From positions 70,308 to 84,790 of the IMG/VR virus record IMGVR_UViG_3300027763_000047: a stretch of 14,483 bases of DNA. One strand, 5' to 3'. Below the pieces are notes generated by a model. The model did not search any database. It was not told the DNA's origin and saw only the letters and a program-made list of their open reading frames with translations. The translations under genes and the position numbers were made by a program. Below are positions 14,368 through 14,483 of the stretch, in pieces. Origin of the DNA: a virus. Its lineage: Duplodnaviria > Heunggongvirae > Uroviricota > Caudoviricetes. Every line of letters begins with the position of its first letter. The first letter of the stretch is position 1.

Positions 14368-14483
14368 ATGGCAAAGTTGTCTTTCAAGCCTAACGAACGT
14401 GCAAATCAAACTCTAGACGATCTCGAGAAGTTTTTAGAATTCTGTAGAGATTATGGGTATCGCTACAACGAGAACCATTTATA
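14368..14483 (+). CDS. Hypothetical protein, 5' part only (MAKLSFKPNERANQTLDDLEKFLEFCRDYGYRYNENHL...)
   Basis: SD AAGGA at 14357-14361, ATG at 14368, open to the window end. Confidence 0.75.
   Translation, partial: MAKLSFKPNERANQTLDDLEKFLEFCRDYGYRYNENHL

Noticed and set aside
1-14483. Stop-codon reassignment
   Set aside because: Genes are intact under the standard code. TGA ends genes in ATGA overlaps and TAG ends the methyltransferase-fold gene just before a promoter.

Overview
Gene-dense window with all credible genes on the + strand and standard genetic code. Best read as part of a large T4-like environmental phage genome (inference from family B polymerase, gp45-like clamp, DsbA-like protein and TAAATA motifs). 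Left block (1-5732): putative late/virion-internal genes, including a Dps mini-ferritin, a 1121-aa repeat-rich mosaic protein, an uncalled 29-codon ORF and a protein with a Cys-His-Asp triad. A GC-rich structured element (5711-5804) marks the boundary. Middle block (5865-10490): DsbA-like protein, DNA polymerase B, SAM-methyltransferase-fold protein and sliding clamp. Right block (10494-14357), the main candidate for a new system: four genes chained by ATGA overlaps, encoding a TGT-fold guanine transglycosylase (DpdA-like), a Gfo/Idh/MocA oxidoreductase, a Zn-dependent MDR dehydrogenase and a QueD-like protein with an LxxxHRHxF (DpdL-type) motif. This suggests a 7-deazaguanine DNA modification pathway with extra redox chemistry. 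The transglycosylase and the polymerase share an FxxLFE[FI] motif that may bind the clamp. All assignments come from motif reading, not database searches.
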